DNA of 34,897 nt, from contig CAZELK010000009.1 in the NCBI GenBank assembly GCA_964513145.1, positions 1 to 34,897 on the forward strand, given 5' to 3'. Both the position numbers and the translations under genes were made by a program. The notes under the pieces were generated by a model. The model searched no databases, was not told the DNA's origin, and saw nothing but the letters and a program-made list of their open reading frames with translations. Of the stretch, positions 17,416 to 26,319 are shown one piece after another. The DNA comes from Candidatus Woesearchaeota archaeon (GTDB lineage Archaea > Nanobdellota > Nanobdellia > SCGC-AAA011-G17 > JACPIM01). The stretch's first letter is position 1. Each line of letters opens with the position of its first letter.

Positions 17416-18630
17416 TCAAATTTTGTTTATTTCCTTTTCTACACTAAACATAGGTCTGAATTTTACTTCATTTTTCTCATCATAGAGTTTCTCTGAAAAA
17501 ATGAATTTTTGTTTTGGTTTGTATTTTTCAATAAAACTCAAAAAAGATTTTGTAAATTTGGGGGCTTTTAAGTCTGATTTGATTTCTATTGGGATTATAT
17601 TGCCTGATTTTTCCAAAATAAAATCAACTTCAGCCTTGGATTTTGTTCTCCAGTATTTTATATCAAAGCCCAGTTTTGCTATTTCAGAAGCAATAAAATT
17701 CTCATATAACATTGGTTTATCAGGTCTGTTCTTAAGATCCTGAAAATTCTTAATTATTATATTTCTAAAACCATTGTCCAAAAAGAATATTTTTGGGGTT
17801 TTCATAAGCTCCAGTCTTTTATTTGTATAAAAAGGCTGGCTTCTCAGGCATATAAAAGTTTTCTCAAGAATATTAATTTTATTTAATAAATCCTTATAAT
17901 TAAACCCAGTAATATTCGAAAGCTCATTGTAATTAATTGTGCTTCCTACTTGCAAAGCTAAGGCACTGGCCAGTTTGCTTATTTTATAATCATCCCGTAT
18001 ATTAAGTATTTCTCTTATTTCCTTCAGAAGATAAGTATTGTAAATATTTTTTAGAACTGTTTCTTTCTCTTTTTTGCTTTCACTCAATACAACCCTGGGA
18101 TAGCCCCCATATATGCAGAATTCTTCAAAATAAGAATAGATCTTTTCATTAATTATATCAGTTAATTTTTTATTAAGGTAAATATTATTATATAAAATTG
18201 GCTCTTTATAACCAAGATATTCTTCAAAAGAAAATGGATAAAGAGTAAATACAAAAATTCTTCCTACTAAATATTTTATGCTGTTTACACTTAAATCACT
18301 TGTAGAAGAACCAGAAATAATTATTTTTATGTTATAATTATCATAAATATACTTCAGATTTTTTCCGCCATTTTTAGAATACTGAAATTCGTCAATAAAT
18401 ATATAATCATTATTTTTTATATAAAGTTCTATAAATGATTTTAGATCTTCATTAAATAATTCCAGTATTTCTCTATCTTCAAAATTTAAAAAAACTGCCT
18501 TTTCAAGACCCTTAAATATAGAATTCATTAATGTTGTTTTTCCGCTCTGTCTAGGCCCGACTATTGCCATAATCTCCCTTTTATTTATGTACCTTCGAAG
18601 TTCCAATTCTAAAGTTCTTTTTATATACAT
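17416..18630 (-). CDS. AAA+ superfamily ATPase (COG1373)
   Basis: GPRQSGKT, IFIDEFQ, ISGSS, FCIYGGYPRV, KIFFLDNG, LYENFI, YWRTKSKAEVDF...PIEIK. Confidence 0.9.
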   Translation of the reverse strand: MYIKRTLELELRRYINKREIMAIVGPRQSGKTTLMNSIFKGLEKAVFLNFEDREILELFNEDLKSFIELYIKNNDYIFIDEFQYSKNGGKNLKYIYDNYNIKIIISGSSTSDLSVNSIKYLVGRIFVFTLYPFSFEEYLGYKEPILYNNIYLNKKLTDIINEKIYSYFEEFCIYGGYPRVVLSESKKEKETVLKNIYNTYLLKEIREILNIRDDYKISKLASALALQVGSTINYNELSNITGFNYKDLLNKINILEKTFICLRSQPFYTNKRLELMKTPKIFFLDNGFRNIIIKNFQDLKNRPDKPMLYENFIASEIAKLGFDIKYWRTKSKAEVDFILEKSGNIIPIEIKSDLKAPKFTKSFLSFIEKYKPKQKFIFSEKLYDEKNEVKFRPMFSVEKEINKI

Positions 18631-18636
18631 TTTAAC

Positions 18637-18680
18637 CCTGCTAAAATTAATATATAATTAATAATAGCAGGTATATAAAT
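18637..18680 (-). promoter_or_regulatory. CCTGCTA-N21-TAGCAGG inverted repeat plus TATA box
   Basis: Arms at 18637-18643 and 18665-18671; TTTATATA at 18672-18679 (minus strand), upstream of ATG 18630. Confidence 0.5.
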
Positions 18681-18708
18681 CTTCTGCTTTTAAAGCATAA
18701 AAATTCAG

Positions 18709-18754
18709 AGTTTCTATTACCAATAGAAGAAAACGTCTATTATAAATAGAAAGA
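18709..18754. repeat. 46-bp direct-repeat copy of the operator segment 17281-17326
   Basis: 43/46 nt identical, including both TTCTATT-N3-AATAGAA palindromes. Confidence 0.85.
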
Positions 18755-18787
18755 GCAATTATTAAAAAATCATGCCAGAATACAAAC

Positions 18788-18812
18788 AATTGTTTTTGTT
18801 TCTCTATTATTT
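18788..18812. repeat. 25-bp direct repeat, copy 2 (stranded 5' end of the RsmF-C-like gene)
   Basis: Identical to 16026-16050. On the minus strand it is preceded by ATG AAT GCC TTA (18824) and a TTTTAAAA box (18845-18852). Confidence 0.75.
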
Positions 18813-18909
18813 AAGGCATTCATAAAAATCTATAACTTCGCTGGTTTTAAAACATTTTACAAAGCTTCTTGAAAGATAAATTAATAAATAAAATAAACAG
18901 AATAAATCT

Positions 18910-19214
18910 ATGGGTCTTTCAGATTTTCTTGAAAAAATAGGTGTGCTCGTTGAAGAAAATATATTGGGTTATAAAAAATTTAATGAGAATGATAGATATA
19001 TCAAAGCAATTTATGCTGCTTTGGCTGGGGCTGAAAAAGATTTAAGAAATTGGAATGAAACTATATATAGAGATGAGATTAGATCAAAAAAAAGCCAGAT
19101 GAGGAAAACTTGCCAAAAATAGTTAAGGCTATGAAAGAAGAAAAATTACAGTATAAAGTGAGTGTATTAAAAAAACTTAAAAAAGACATAAACAATATTT
19201 TAAGAGAATTCTAA
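18910..19214 (+). pseudogene. Paralog of 3978-4280 interrupted by a frameshift in an A8 run
   Basis: The reading frame shifts at A8 (19086-19093). The shifted frame gives KPDEENLPKIVKAMKEEKLQYKVSVLKKLKKDINNILREF*, matching the paralog's C-terminus. Confidence 0.8.
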
Positions 19215-19216
19215 TG

Positions 19217-19612
19217 TTAATGCCAAAATCCTCCAGAAGCTATTGCCACAAATTGATATTTCAGATATTGCAGACGAGTAAGGAAACCATCTAATGCAGT
19301 TTTATCTGAAAAATCAGATTCTTTAGCTTCTTCCCAATATGAATTTATAACTTTTAAATGATTAATTACTATTGCTTCAAAATTGCTTTTACCTTGAATT
19401 TCACCTCTCATTTCCAAAGGTATATTAATTATTTTTTCTATTTTCTTTGAAACTGTTGAAATCTCCCCATATAAAGTATCAAGTAATGTCTTATCATCCT
19501 TGCTCATGACCTTGCTTTTTCTTGTTTTATATCTTTCAACTATTCTATTTGCAATAATATTAATATCCTTTATTCTTTGGTCAATTTCTTTAATTAATTT
19601 TATCTCTGGCAT
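19217..19612 (-). CDS. Hypothetical helical protein (131 aa), distant paralog of 19760-20203
   Basis: Shares the Y..RK...[ML]S.DDK.LL motif and a C-terminal G[FY]W with the neighbour. Confidence 0.65.
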   Translation of the reverse strand: MPEIKLIKEIDQRIKDINIIANRIVERYKTRKSKVMSKDDKTLLDTLYGEISTVSKKIEKIINIPLEMRGEIQGKSNFEAIVINHLKVINSYWEEAKESDFSDKTALDGFLTRLQYLKYQFVAIASGGFWH

Positions 19613-19759
19613 TAAGATTTTTATTATAAGTAATGTACTTAAATTTATTGTTTCACTATAACATAACTAATATTTAAATCAAAAAAGAAAAAAGGTTTAA
19701 TTTACATTTATATAAACAAAGACACATTTAAAATTTATTTTTTGTCCAATATTGACTAA

Positions 19760-20203
19760 TTAAGGGCTTTTTGTCCAATAACCTAATTCCAAAAAATCAA
19801 AATATTGACTAATTAAGACTAGATTCGTACATAAATCTTTCAAAAGAACTCTTTCTTGATCTGTACATAAATCTTTCAAAAGAACTCTTTTAGATTGTTC
19901 ATTGAAACTTATTTTAAAATCTTTATAAGTTTTATTTGCCTTTTTAATTAGTTCTCTAGCCCCGTCAAAACCCTTTTTTGGAAATTCTATTGGTGTGCTT
20001 GATATATTCGTTTCTTTTTTAATAAGAGTTAAAGCTTCTTTTACATCTTCCATAAAATATTTCAATAATTTTTTATCATCAGTTGACAATTCATTTTTCT
20101 TTCTTTTGTTATAATTTACTATTAATTGCATAGAAGAAGCAGTTATGCTTTCCATCAATTTATTTAAACTATTTACAAATTTTTTAAATTCATATTGTTC
20201 CAT
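19760..20203 (-). CDS. Hypothetical helical protein (147 aa) with a 12-aa tandem duplication
   Basis: RVLLKDLCT occurs twice; motif shared with 19217-19612. Confidence 0.65.
   Translation of the reverse strand: MEQYEFKKFVNSLNKLMESITASSMQLIVNYNKRKKNELSTDDKKLLKYFMEDVKEALTLIKKETNISSTPIEFPKKGFDGARELIKKANKTYKDFKISFNEQSKRVLLKDLCTDQERVLLKDLCTNLVLISQYFDFLELGYWTKSP
19827..19890. repeat. In-frame tandem duplication (28 identical nt, 36-nt period)
   Basis: GTACATAAATCTTTCAAAAGAACTCTTT at 19827-19854 and 19863-19890. Confidence 0.9.
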
Positions 20204-20214
20204 GTCTTTAAAAA

Positions 20215-21357
20215 TTAAAAAGCCTCAGCCAGTTTAATACATACTCCATTTAGTTCATTATTGTTTTCATTTGATTCTGTAACAGTATTGTTTGCGTCTA
20301 CTCTCAAATTCAAACAATATTGTCCATATCTAGGAAATATTCCACTATATAACGCTATAGATAATTTATCTGTCGTAAAAGACTTAGTTTCTCCAGGCAA
20401 ATAAGTATTTGGTTCCGGCGGAATTGTCGAAAAGACCACCCCATTAGTTAGAACTAAATAAGTAAAAATTTTACTTTTACTAATACTACTTGCAGAACCT
20501 AAACCTTGATTTTTGATTTCATAAACTACCCTAAGGTAAGGAGGATTGGTAACTCCATAATATATTCTATTAAGGTCTAAACGAATTGTTGTCGAAGTAA
20601 CGTCATTTCCTTTATCGTCTATAAATTTGGCACTCTGTACTACAAGATCTGGCATTGTGCAGGTTCGTGATTCCTCAGGTTTTCCAGTAGTTGTTCTGCA
20701 ATTATTTCTGTTAGTGCATGTTCTTGTTTGACTTCCTGATGATGAACAAGTAACCCAATCTGAACATTGCCAGTCTGGAGTGCAAGGTCCTCGAGAAGTT
20801 ATGCTGCATGATTGTGTTTCAGCAGGTTTTCCTGTATTTACACCACAATTATTTCCATCTGTGCATGTTCTTGTTTGTTGTCTTCCTCCTCCAAATAATC
20901 TATTGCAACTGCTCCAAGCAGAACATTGCCAGTTTGTAGCACATGTTGGTGGTATGCAGCTTTGTGTTTCAGCAGGTTTCCCCGTATTTACACCGCAATT
21001 ATTTCCATCTGTACATGTTCTTGTTTGTTGTCTTGATGAAGGGCAAGTAGATGGGTTCCAATCAGAACATTGCCAGTTTGACGTGCAAGAAGCTATGCAT
21101 TGATCATAACAATTTTGATTAAGTAATGGTAGATAATCACAAACAGTTCTTCTGCTAAAAAATCTTCCAACACTTCTGCAATTAGTTCGCACAGGATGCG
21201 CATAATCTGTACATTGTTGTGTGCATTGATTAGCTGTTACTTGTCCTGTAAAACTTTCAGTATTAACTGAACTTGTATCAACAATATCAAAAGAAACTAG
21301 AGATATAAATAAAATTAAAATTGCACCGAAAATAAATAAGCTCTCTTTATTTATCAT
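20215..21357 (-). CDS. Exported Cys-rich protein with three TSP1-like repeats and a C-terminal CARDB domain
   Basis: ATG 21357 with GAGGTG RBS; N-terminal TM; three W-Q-C-S-x-W...QTRTC repeats; PDLVV...EIKNQG...VDANNTVTESNENNN. DNA 20813-20884 matches 20963-21034 at 68/72 nt. Confidence 0.8.
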   Translation of the reverse strand: MINKESLFIFGAILILFISLVSFDIVDTSSVNTESFTGQVTANQCTQQCTDYAHPVRTNCRSVGRFFSRRTVCDYLPLLNQNCYDQCIASCTSNWQCSDWNPSTCPSSRQQTRTCTDGNNCGVNTGKPAETQSCIPPTCATNWQCSAWSSCNRLFGGGRQQTRTCTDGNNCGVNTGKPAETQSCSITSRGPCTPDWQCSDWVTCSSSGSQTRTCTNRNNCRTTTGKPEESRTCTMPDLVVQSAKFIDDKGNDVTSTTIRLDLNRIYYGVTNPPYLRVVYEIKNQGLGSASSISKSKIFTYLVLTNGVVFSTIPPEPNTYLPGETKSFTTDKLSIALYSGIFPRYGQYCLNLRVDANNTVTESNENNNELNGVCIKLAEAF

Positions 21358-21474
21358 AAAATATAAACACCTCTCATATAAAAGATAAATTTTGCTATAT
21401 ATATATATTGTTATAACTAAAAAATAATAAAAATTCTTAGTTAACTTTAAAAATTCATTAATTAACCTTAGCTT

Positions 21475-23118
21475 ATGCATAATATAATATTAAAGTACGC
21501 CCTGCAGAACGCAGTAAAATATGAAGGCAAAGCCAACTTAAACGCAGTAATAGGAAAAGTATTCTCAGAAGTAAAAAATATAGATAAAAATAAAATAATT
21601 GAAGAAGCTAAAAAAATAATCAATGAAGTTAATTCTTTAAATTTAAATCAGCAAATTTCAAAATTAAATGAAATTGCCCCGGAATTGTTGGAATATAAAA
21701 AAGAAGAAAAAGAAAGGCAGATTCCAGACTTGGAAAATGCAGTAATGAAAAAAGTAATAATGAGAGTAGCCCCAAATCCAAATGGTCCTTTATCATTGGG
21801 AAGAACAAGGCCTTCTTATTGGAATTATGTAATATCAAAAAAATACAGTGGTAAATTCTACCTGCGTTTCGATGATACAGACCCGAAAACAAAAGTCCCA
21901 ATAAAGGAAGCTTACAAATGGATCATAGAAGATTTAAAATTTTTAAATATTAAACCTAATAAAATAATAATTCAGTCAAAAAGATTAAAAATTTATTATA
22001 ATTATGCTGAACAATTAATAAAAAAAGATCTGGCTTATGTCTGTAATTGTAATATAGAAGAATGGCGTAAATTAATACAAAAATCTATGGAATGCAAATG
22101 CAGGTCTTTGCCAGTAAAAGAACAACTGGAAAGATGGAAAAATATGTTTAATAAATACAAAGAAGGTCAGGCTGTCTTAAGAATAAAAACAGATATTGAT
22201 GCCCCGGATCCTGCAGTTAGAGACTGGCCAGCATTCAGAATAATAAATAAATCATTGCACCCGTTAAATAAAAAAGCAAAAGTATGGCCATTATTGAATT
22301 TCGCATCTGCAATTGATGATTATGAATTAAAAGTTACCCACATTTTAAGAGGTATAGACTTAAAAGTTTCTGATGTAAGGCAGAATTATATTTATAAATA
22401 TTTCAACTGGACATATCCAAAAACAATGTATCATGGAAAATTATTAGTCCAAGGTATTAAAAGTACATCTCAGACTAAAAAATTAATCAATGAAGGAAAA
22501 TTAAGTGGCTGGGATGACCCGAGATTAGGAACAATAAAATCATTAAAAAGGCGTGGTTTCAGGCCAGAAGCTATAAAAAAATTTCATAAAGAAATTGGCT
22601 TGACTAAATCAGACATTAACGTCTCTATAGATACATTGGCTGCTTTTAACAGGGAGATAATAGATAAAGAAGCAAACAGGTATTTTTTTATAGAAAATCC
22701 TAAAAAAATAATTATTAAAAATGCACCAAAATTAAACATAAAAATAGATCTCCATCCTGACTTTCCGAAAAAAGGTTCCAGGAAATTTAGAACAAATGAT
22801 GAATTTTACATAGAGGAAAATATAGAAAATAATAAATTTTACAGATTAATGCATTTGTTTAATTTCAAAAACAATGAATTCAATTCAATAGAATTAAACA
22901 AGGATTTAAACGCAAAATTGATTCATTGGCTTCCTGTTTCTAAAGATTTAATAAATATAGAAATAATAATGTCAGATAATTCAATAATAAAAGGTCTCGC
23001 AGAGCCTTCAGTAAAAAAACTCAAAGTAAATCAAATGGCACAATTGGAAAGAAAATTCTTCGTAAGATTGGATAAAAAAGAAAAGGAGAAATTAGTATTT
23101 TATTACTCGCACAGATAA
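21475..23118 (+). CDS. gltX: Glutamyl-tRNA synthetase (archaeal type)
   Basis: RVAPNPNG, LRFDDTDP, AYVCNC/CKCR, DPAVRD, VWPLLNFA, THILRG, GWDDPRLGTI, RRGFRPEAI. Confidence 0.95.
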   Translation: MHNIILKYALQNAVKYEGKANLNAVIGKVFSEVKNIDKNKIIEEAKKIINEVNSLNLNQQISKLNEIAPELLEYKKEEKERQIPDLENAVMKKVIMRVAPNPNGPLSLGRTRPSYWNYVISKKYSGKFYLRFDDTDPKTKVPIKEAYKWIIEDLKFLNIKPNKIIIQSKRLKIYYNYAEQLIKKDLAYVCNCNIEEWRKLIQKSMECKCRSLPVKEQLERWKNMFNKYKEGQAVLRIKTDIDAPDPAVRDWPAFRIINKSLHPLNKKAKVWPLLNFASAIDDYELKVTHILRGIDLKVSDVRQNYIYKYFNWTYPKTMYHGKLLVQGIKSTSQTKKLINEGKLSGWDDPRLGTIKSLKRRGFRPEAIKKFHKEIGLTKSDINVSIDTLAAFNREIIDKEANRYFFIENPKKIIIKNAPKLNIKIDLHPDFPKKGSRKFRTNDEFYIEENIENNKFYRLMHLFNFKNNEFNSIELNKDLNAKLIHWLPVSKDLINIEIIMSDNSIIKGLAEPSVKKLKVNQMAQLERKFFVRLDKKEKEKLVFYYSHR

Positions 23119-23176
23119 TTATGTATTAAAAAGATAACATTTATATATAATTAAATTATATCAATAGTATAATAAA

Positions 23177-23386
23177 ATGGAAGCAATAACAAAAACAAGA
23201 AAAATTGGAGGCTCTTTGATAGTTACCATACCAAAAGTAATTGTAGAAAATCAGGATTTAAAAGAAGATCAGATAATAAAAATTAATATTGAAAAAATTA
23301 AAAAAAGTGGATTCGGAATTTCCAAAGGTTTAGCTTCCTTCTCAAAGGAAGATAAATTCAAAGGACAATTAGAAAGAAAAGAATGA
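23177..23386 (+). CDS. AbrB/MazE-type antitoxin (VapB-like)
   Basis: TRKIGGSLIVTIPK; ATGA overlap with the PIN gene. Confidence 0.85.
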   Translation: MEAITKTRKIGGSLIVTIPKVIVENQDLKEDQIIKINIEKIKKSGFGISKGLASFSKEDKFKGQLERKE

Positions 23387-23769
23387 ATTATGTCATAGAT
23401 GCTTATGCGTGGATTGAATACTTTAATGGCACAAAAAGTGGTGAAAAAGTAAAAGAGATCATAGAGAACTCTAAAAACATAATTTATACAAACATTATTA
23501 CAATTTCTGAATTAGTTAGTTCCTATAAAAGAAATTCTTTAAGTTTTGAAGAAGAAAAAAAGTCGCTTTTGTCATTGTCAAAAATTTATAACATAGACAT
23601 TCAGTTTGCAGAAGAAGCTGGGGAGCTTCACTTTGAAATGAGAAAAGAAAGAAAACATATGGGGTTAGCAGATGTTTTTGTTTTATTAACAACGAGAAAA
23701 TTAAATGCTAAAGTAGTTACTGGAGATGAAGATTTTAGAAATTTAAAGGAAACAATTATGATAAAATGA
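23383..23769 (+). CDS. vapC: PIN-domain toxin (VapC family)
   Basis: VIDAYAWIEY, TISEL, GLADVF, VTGDEDF: acidic PIN active-site residues. Confidence 0.9.
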   Translation: MNYVIDAYAWIEYFNGTKSGEKVKEIIENSKNIIYTNIITISELVSSYKRNSLSFEEEKKSLLSLSKIYNIDIQFAEEAGELHFEMRKERKHMGLADVFVLLTTRKLNAKVVTGDEDFRNLKETIMIK

Positions 23770-24371
23770 TAGACCTGCAGTCATTTATTTTAACTTATGT
23801 AAACGAATTCTCTTATATAGGTATTTTTTTATTGTTAATAATCATAGCAATAATACCAATACCTGAAGAATTGGTCTTGATTTTAGTAGGCTATTTCGCA
23901 GGTTATGGTTTTGCAGAATTTGATAAGATACTGGTTATAGGAGTTATTGGTGTATTAATTGGTGACAATCTGTTATTTTTAATAAGCAAGCATAGTAGCT
24001 ATTATATAAATAAAGTAAAAACCCTCATGCCTAAGAAATTTGCAAAATATGAAAAACATATGAAAAAGCATATGGGTAAAACAATCTTTTTATTGAGATT
24101 CGTTGTCGGGTTAAGGTTCTTAAGCCCTGTAATTGCAGGTTCTGCAAAAGTAAATAATTTCAAATTTTTCTTGTTTGATTTTTTTGCAGTTATAATTTTT
24201 GTACCTGTATTTTTATACTTGGGTTATAATTTCAGTGCAGTTATATCAATAATAATAAATAAAATTTTGTTAATTAAGAATTTCACGATTGGTATGGTTC
24301 TCGTTGCTTCAATTTTTATTATAAAGCCATTATATAAGAAAATTTTATTAAGAATAAAAAATTATTTTTAA
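23766..24371 (+). CDS. DedA-family membrane protein
   Basis: PIPEELVLILVG, IGDNLLFLI, LRFVVGLR...AG; multiple TM segments. Confidence 0.9.
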   Translation: MIDLQSFILTYVNEFSYIGIFLLLIIIAIIPIPEELVLILVGYFAGYGFAEFDKILVIGVIGVLIGDNLLFLISKHSSYYINKVKTLMPKKFAKYEKHMKKHMGKTIFLLRFVVGLRFLSPVIAGSAKVNNFKFFLFDFFAVIIFVPVFLYLGYNFSAVISIIINKILLIKNFTIGMVLVASIFIIKPLYKKILLRIKNYF

Positions 24372-25816
24372 ACCCTTATTGAATAATCAGAAACCCCGAT
24401 AAAATGATGGTATTTTTGAAGCACAGGATCAATTTGTTCTCTTAAAAATTCTTCAGTTTGTCTTTCAGCAGCTCCTGAAAATTTCTCTGGATGCAGAAGC
24501 AGATTATCTAAAAATTGCTTGTCAACCCCGACCCTGGAATCATTTGCAAGTCTTTCAAATAAATCATTTGTTTTTCCTTCTTCTTTTATTTTTTTGCCTG
24601 CAGCCTGGCTATGTTCCCTAAGTAATTCATGTATTTCTTGTCTATCTCTGTTTTTAGAAGCTTCAATTAAAATTTCTTCTGTAGCAATAAAAGGAAGTTC
24701 TTCATCTAAATGCTTTTTAATTTGGCTTGGATAAACTACCATGCCATTGGTAATATTTAAATATAATTTTAAAATAGCATTTGTTAGTAAAAATGTTTGC
24801 GGTATATCCATTCTCCTTATTCCCGAATCATCTAATGTTCTCTCAAAAAACTGGCTGGCATGTGTATGTGCAAAATTCAAAGGAAGACCCATTAATTTTC
24901 TTGAAAATCCGCACATTCTTTCACTCCTCATTGGATTCCTTTTATAAGCCATAGCAGAACTCCCAACTTGTTTTTCTTCAAAAGGCTCTTCTTGCTCTTT
25001 CAAAAGAGCCAAAACTCTTAAATCAAATCCAAACTTATGTGCAGATTCTCCGATTGATGCTAAAGATTCAGCAATTATAGTATCAAGCCCCCTTGTATAA
25101 GTTTGCCCAGTTACAGGAAATATTTTATTAAATCCTAATTTTTCTGCAATTTTTTTATCTAATTCCTTTACCTTCTCATAATTCCCGTCAAATAATTCTA
25201 AAAAACTGGCTTGTGTTCCAACAGTGCCCTTTGCTCCCCTTGCCATAATTAAATCCTCAGCATGTTCAATCTGGTTCAAATTAAATAGCAAATCAAGTAA
25301 ATATAGTGTGTTTCTTTTTCCTGCAGTTGTTGGCTGTGCTGGCTGCAAATGTGTATATCCCAAAGTAACTAGCCCCCTATATTTTTCAGCAAAATTTCTT
25401 AAATTATAAATTGTATTTATTAATTGTTTTTTTATAATAAGTAAGCCTTCTCTTTGTTGAATTAATTCAGTATTGTCAGTCACAAAAGCAGATGTAGCCC
25501 CAAAGTGAATTATTTTCTTTGCTGTTGGACAATGTCTTCCAAATTCATCTATGTGAGCCATTACATCATGTCTAATTTCTTTCTCGCGTTTGGCAGCAAA
25601 TTCATAATCAATTGGTTCTTCTAATGCTTTGTTCATTTCTAAAACCATATCTTTGGAAATTCTATTTAACCCCAATTCTAGTTGTGATTCTGCTAAAGCA
25701 GTCCAGCATTTTCTCCAGGTAGTATATTTAAAATCATCAGAAAATAATTTTTGCATATCTTTGTCAGTATAACGGCTTACCAATGGCTCTTGATAAATAC
25801 TATGGTCAATCATCAA
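24368..25816 (-). CDS. purB: Adenylosuccinate lyase
   Basis: PLVSRY, RHDVMAH, IHFGATS, GYTHLQPAQPTT, KGTVGTQASF, GSSAMAYKRNP signature. Confidence 0.95.
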   Translation of the reverse strand: MMIDHSIYQEPLVSRYTDKDMQKLFSDDFKYTTWRKCWTALAESQLELGLNRISKDMVLEMNKALEEPIDYEFAAKREKEIRHDVMAHIDEFGRHCPTAKKIIHFGATSAFVTDNTELIQQREGLLIIKKQLINTIYNLRNFAEKYRGLVTLGYTHLQPAQPTTAGKRNTLYLLDLLFNLNQIEHAEDLIMARGAKGTVGTQASFLELFDGNYEKVKELDKKIAEKLGFNKIFPVTGQTYTRGLDTIIAESLASIGESAHKFGFDLRVLALLKEQEEPFEEKQVGSSAMAYKRNPMRSERMCGFSRKLMGLPLNFAHTHASQFFERTLDDSGIRRMDIPQTFLLTNAILKLYLNITNGMVVYPSQIKKHLDEELPFIATEEILIEASKNRDRQEIHELLREHSQAAGKKIKEEGKTNDLFERLANDSRVGVDKQFLDNLLLHPEKFSGAAERQTEEFLREQIDPVLQKYHHFIGVSDYSIRV

Positions 25817-26062
25817 ATTAAAATAAAATATTAGCTATTTAAATAATTTGTAACTAGAAAATATAATTGTAGTATATGGTTATTCTTTCAGTTACTTTGT
25901 CTTTCATAAGAATTCTAAAGACCCTTACATTTTTAATCTTTTTGGTAAATCTTTAAAATAATCGCCGCTGCCCACCATATGCTAGTTGCATAGGTTTGTA
26001 GAACTTAAATTGTAAGGTCTATCTCAATAAAATTTATATAGAAACTTCTAATATAAAATATT

Positions 26063-26319
26063 ATGTATGAAATTTATCCCGCAAACAAAAGGGTTGAAAA
26101 GAAACTAGAAGAAATAAAAAATTCTAGAAATGATATTCTTGAAAAATTAAAAAATCTGAAAGAAAATCCTCGAGAAAATTCTGGTGCCCATCCTTTACAT
26201 GGACGTTTGCAAAGTAAATGGGTTGTTGGTTAGGCTCAAATTTAAGAATTATTTACCTAATTGACGATAAAAATAAAAGAATAGATGTTATAGCCGCAGG
26301 CTCGCATAAAATATACTAA
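26063..26319 (+). pseudogene. Frameshifted RelE/YoeB-like toxin
   Basis: MYEIYPANKRVEKKL...AHPLHGRLQSKW, then a 1-nt deletion relative to the intact copy (TGG-GTTG vs TGGAGTTG) gives a stop at 26231-26233. The shifted frame continues CWLGSNLRIIYLID...AGSHKIY*. Confidence 0.85.

Noticed and set aside
21358-21480. Track's N-terminal extension of the TSP1-like gene (start 21480)
   Set aside because: It overlaps the gltX start and the divergent promoter region. ATG 21357 has a GAGGTG RBS and gives a proper signal/TM N-terminus.
25850-26060. Third att copy or extra TA cassette distal to the decayed toxin
   Set aside because: No match to the tRNA 3' repeat was found; only short, inconsistent peptide fragments.
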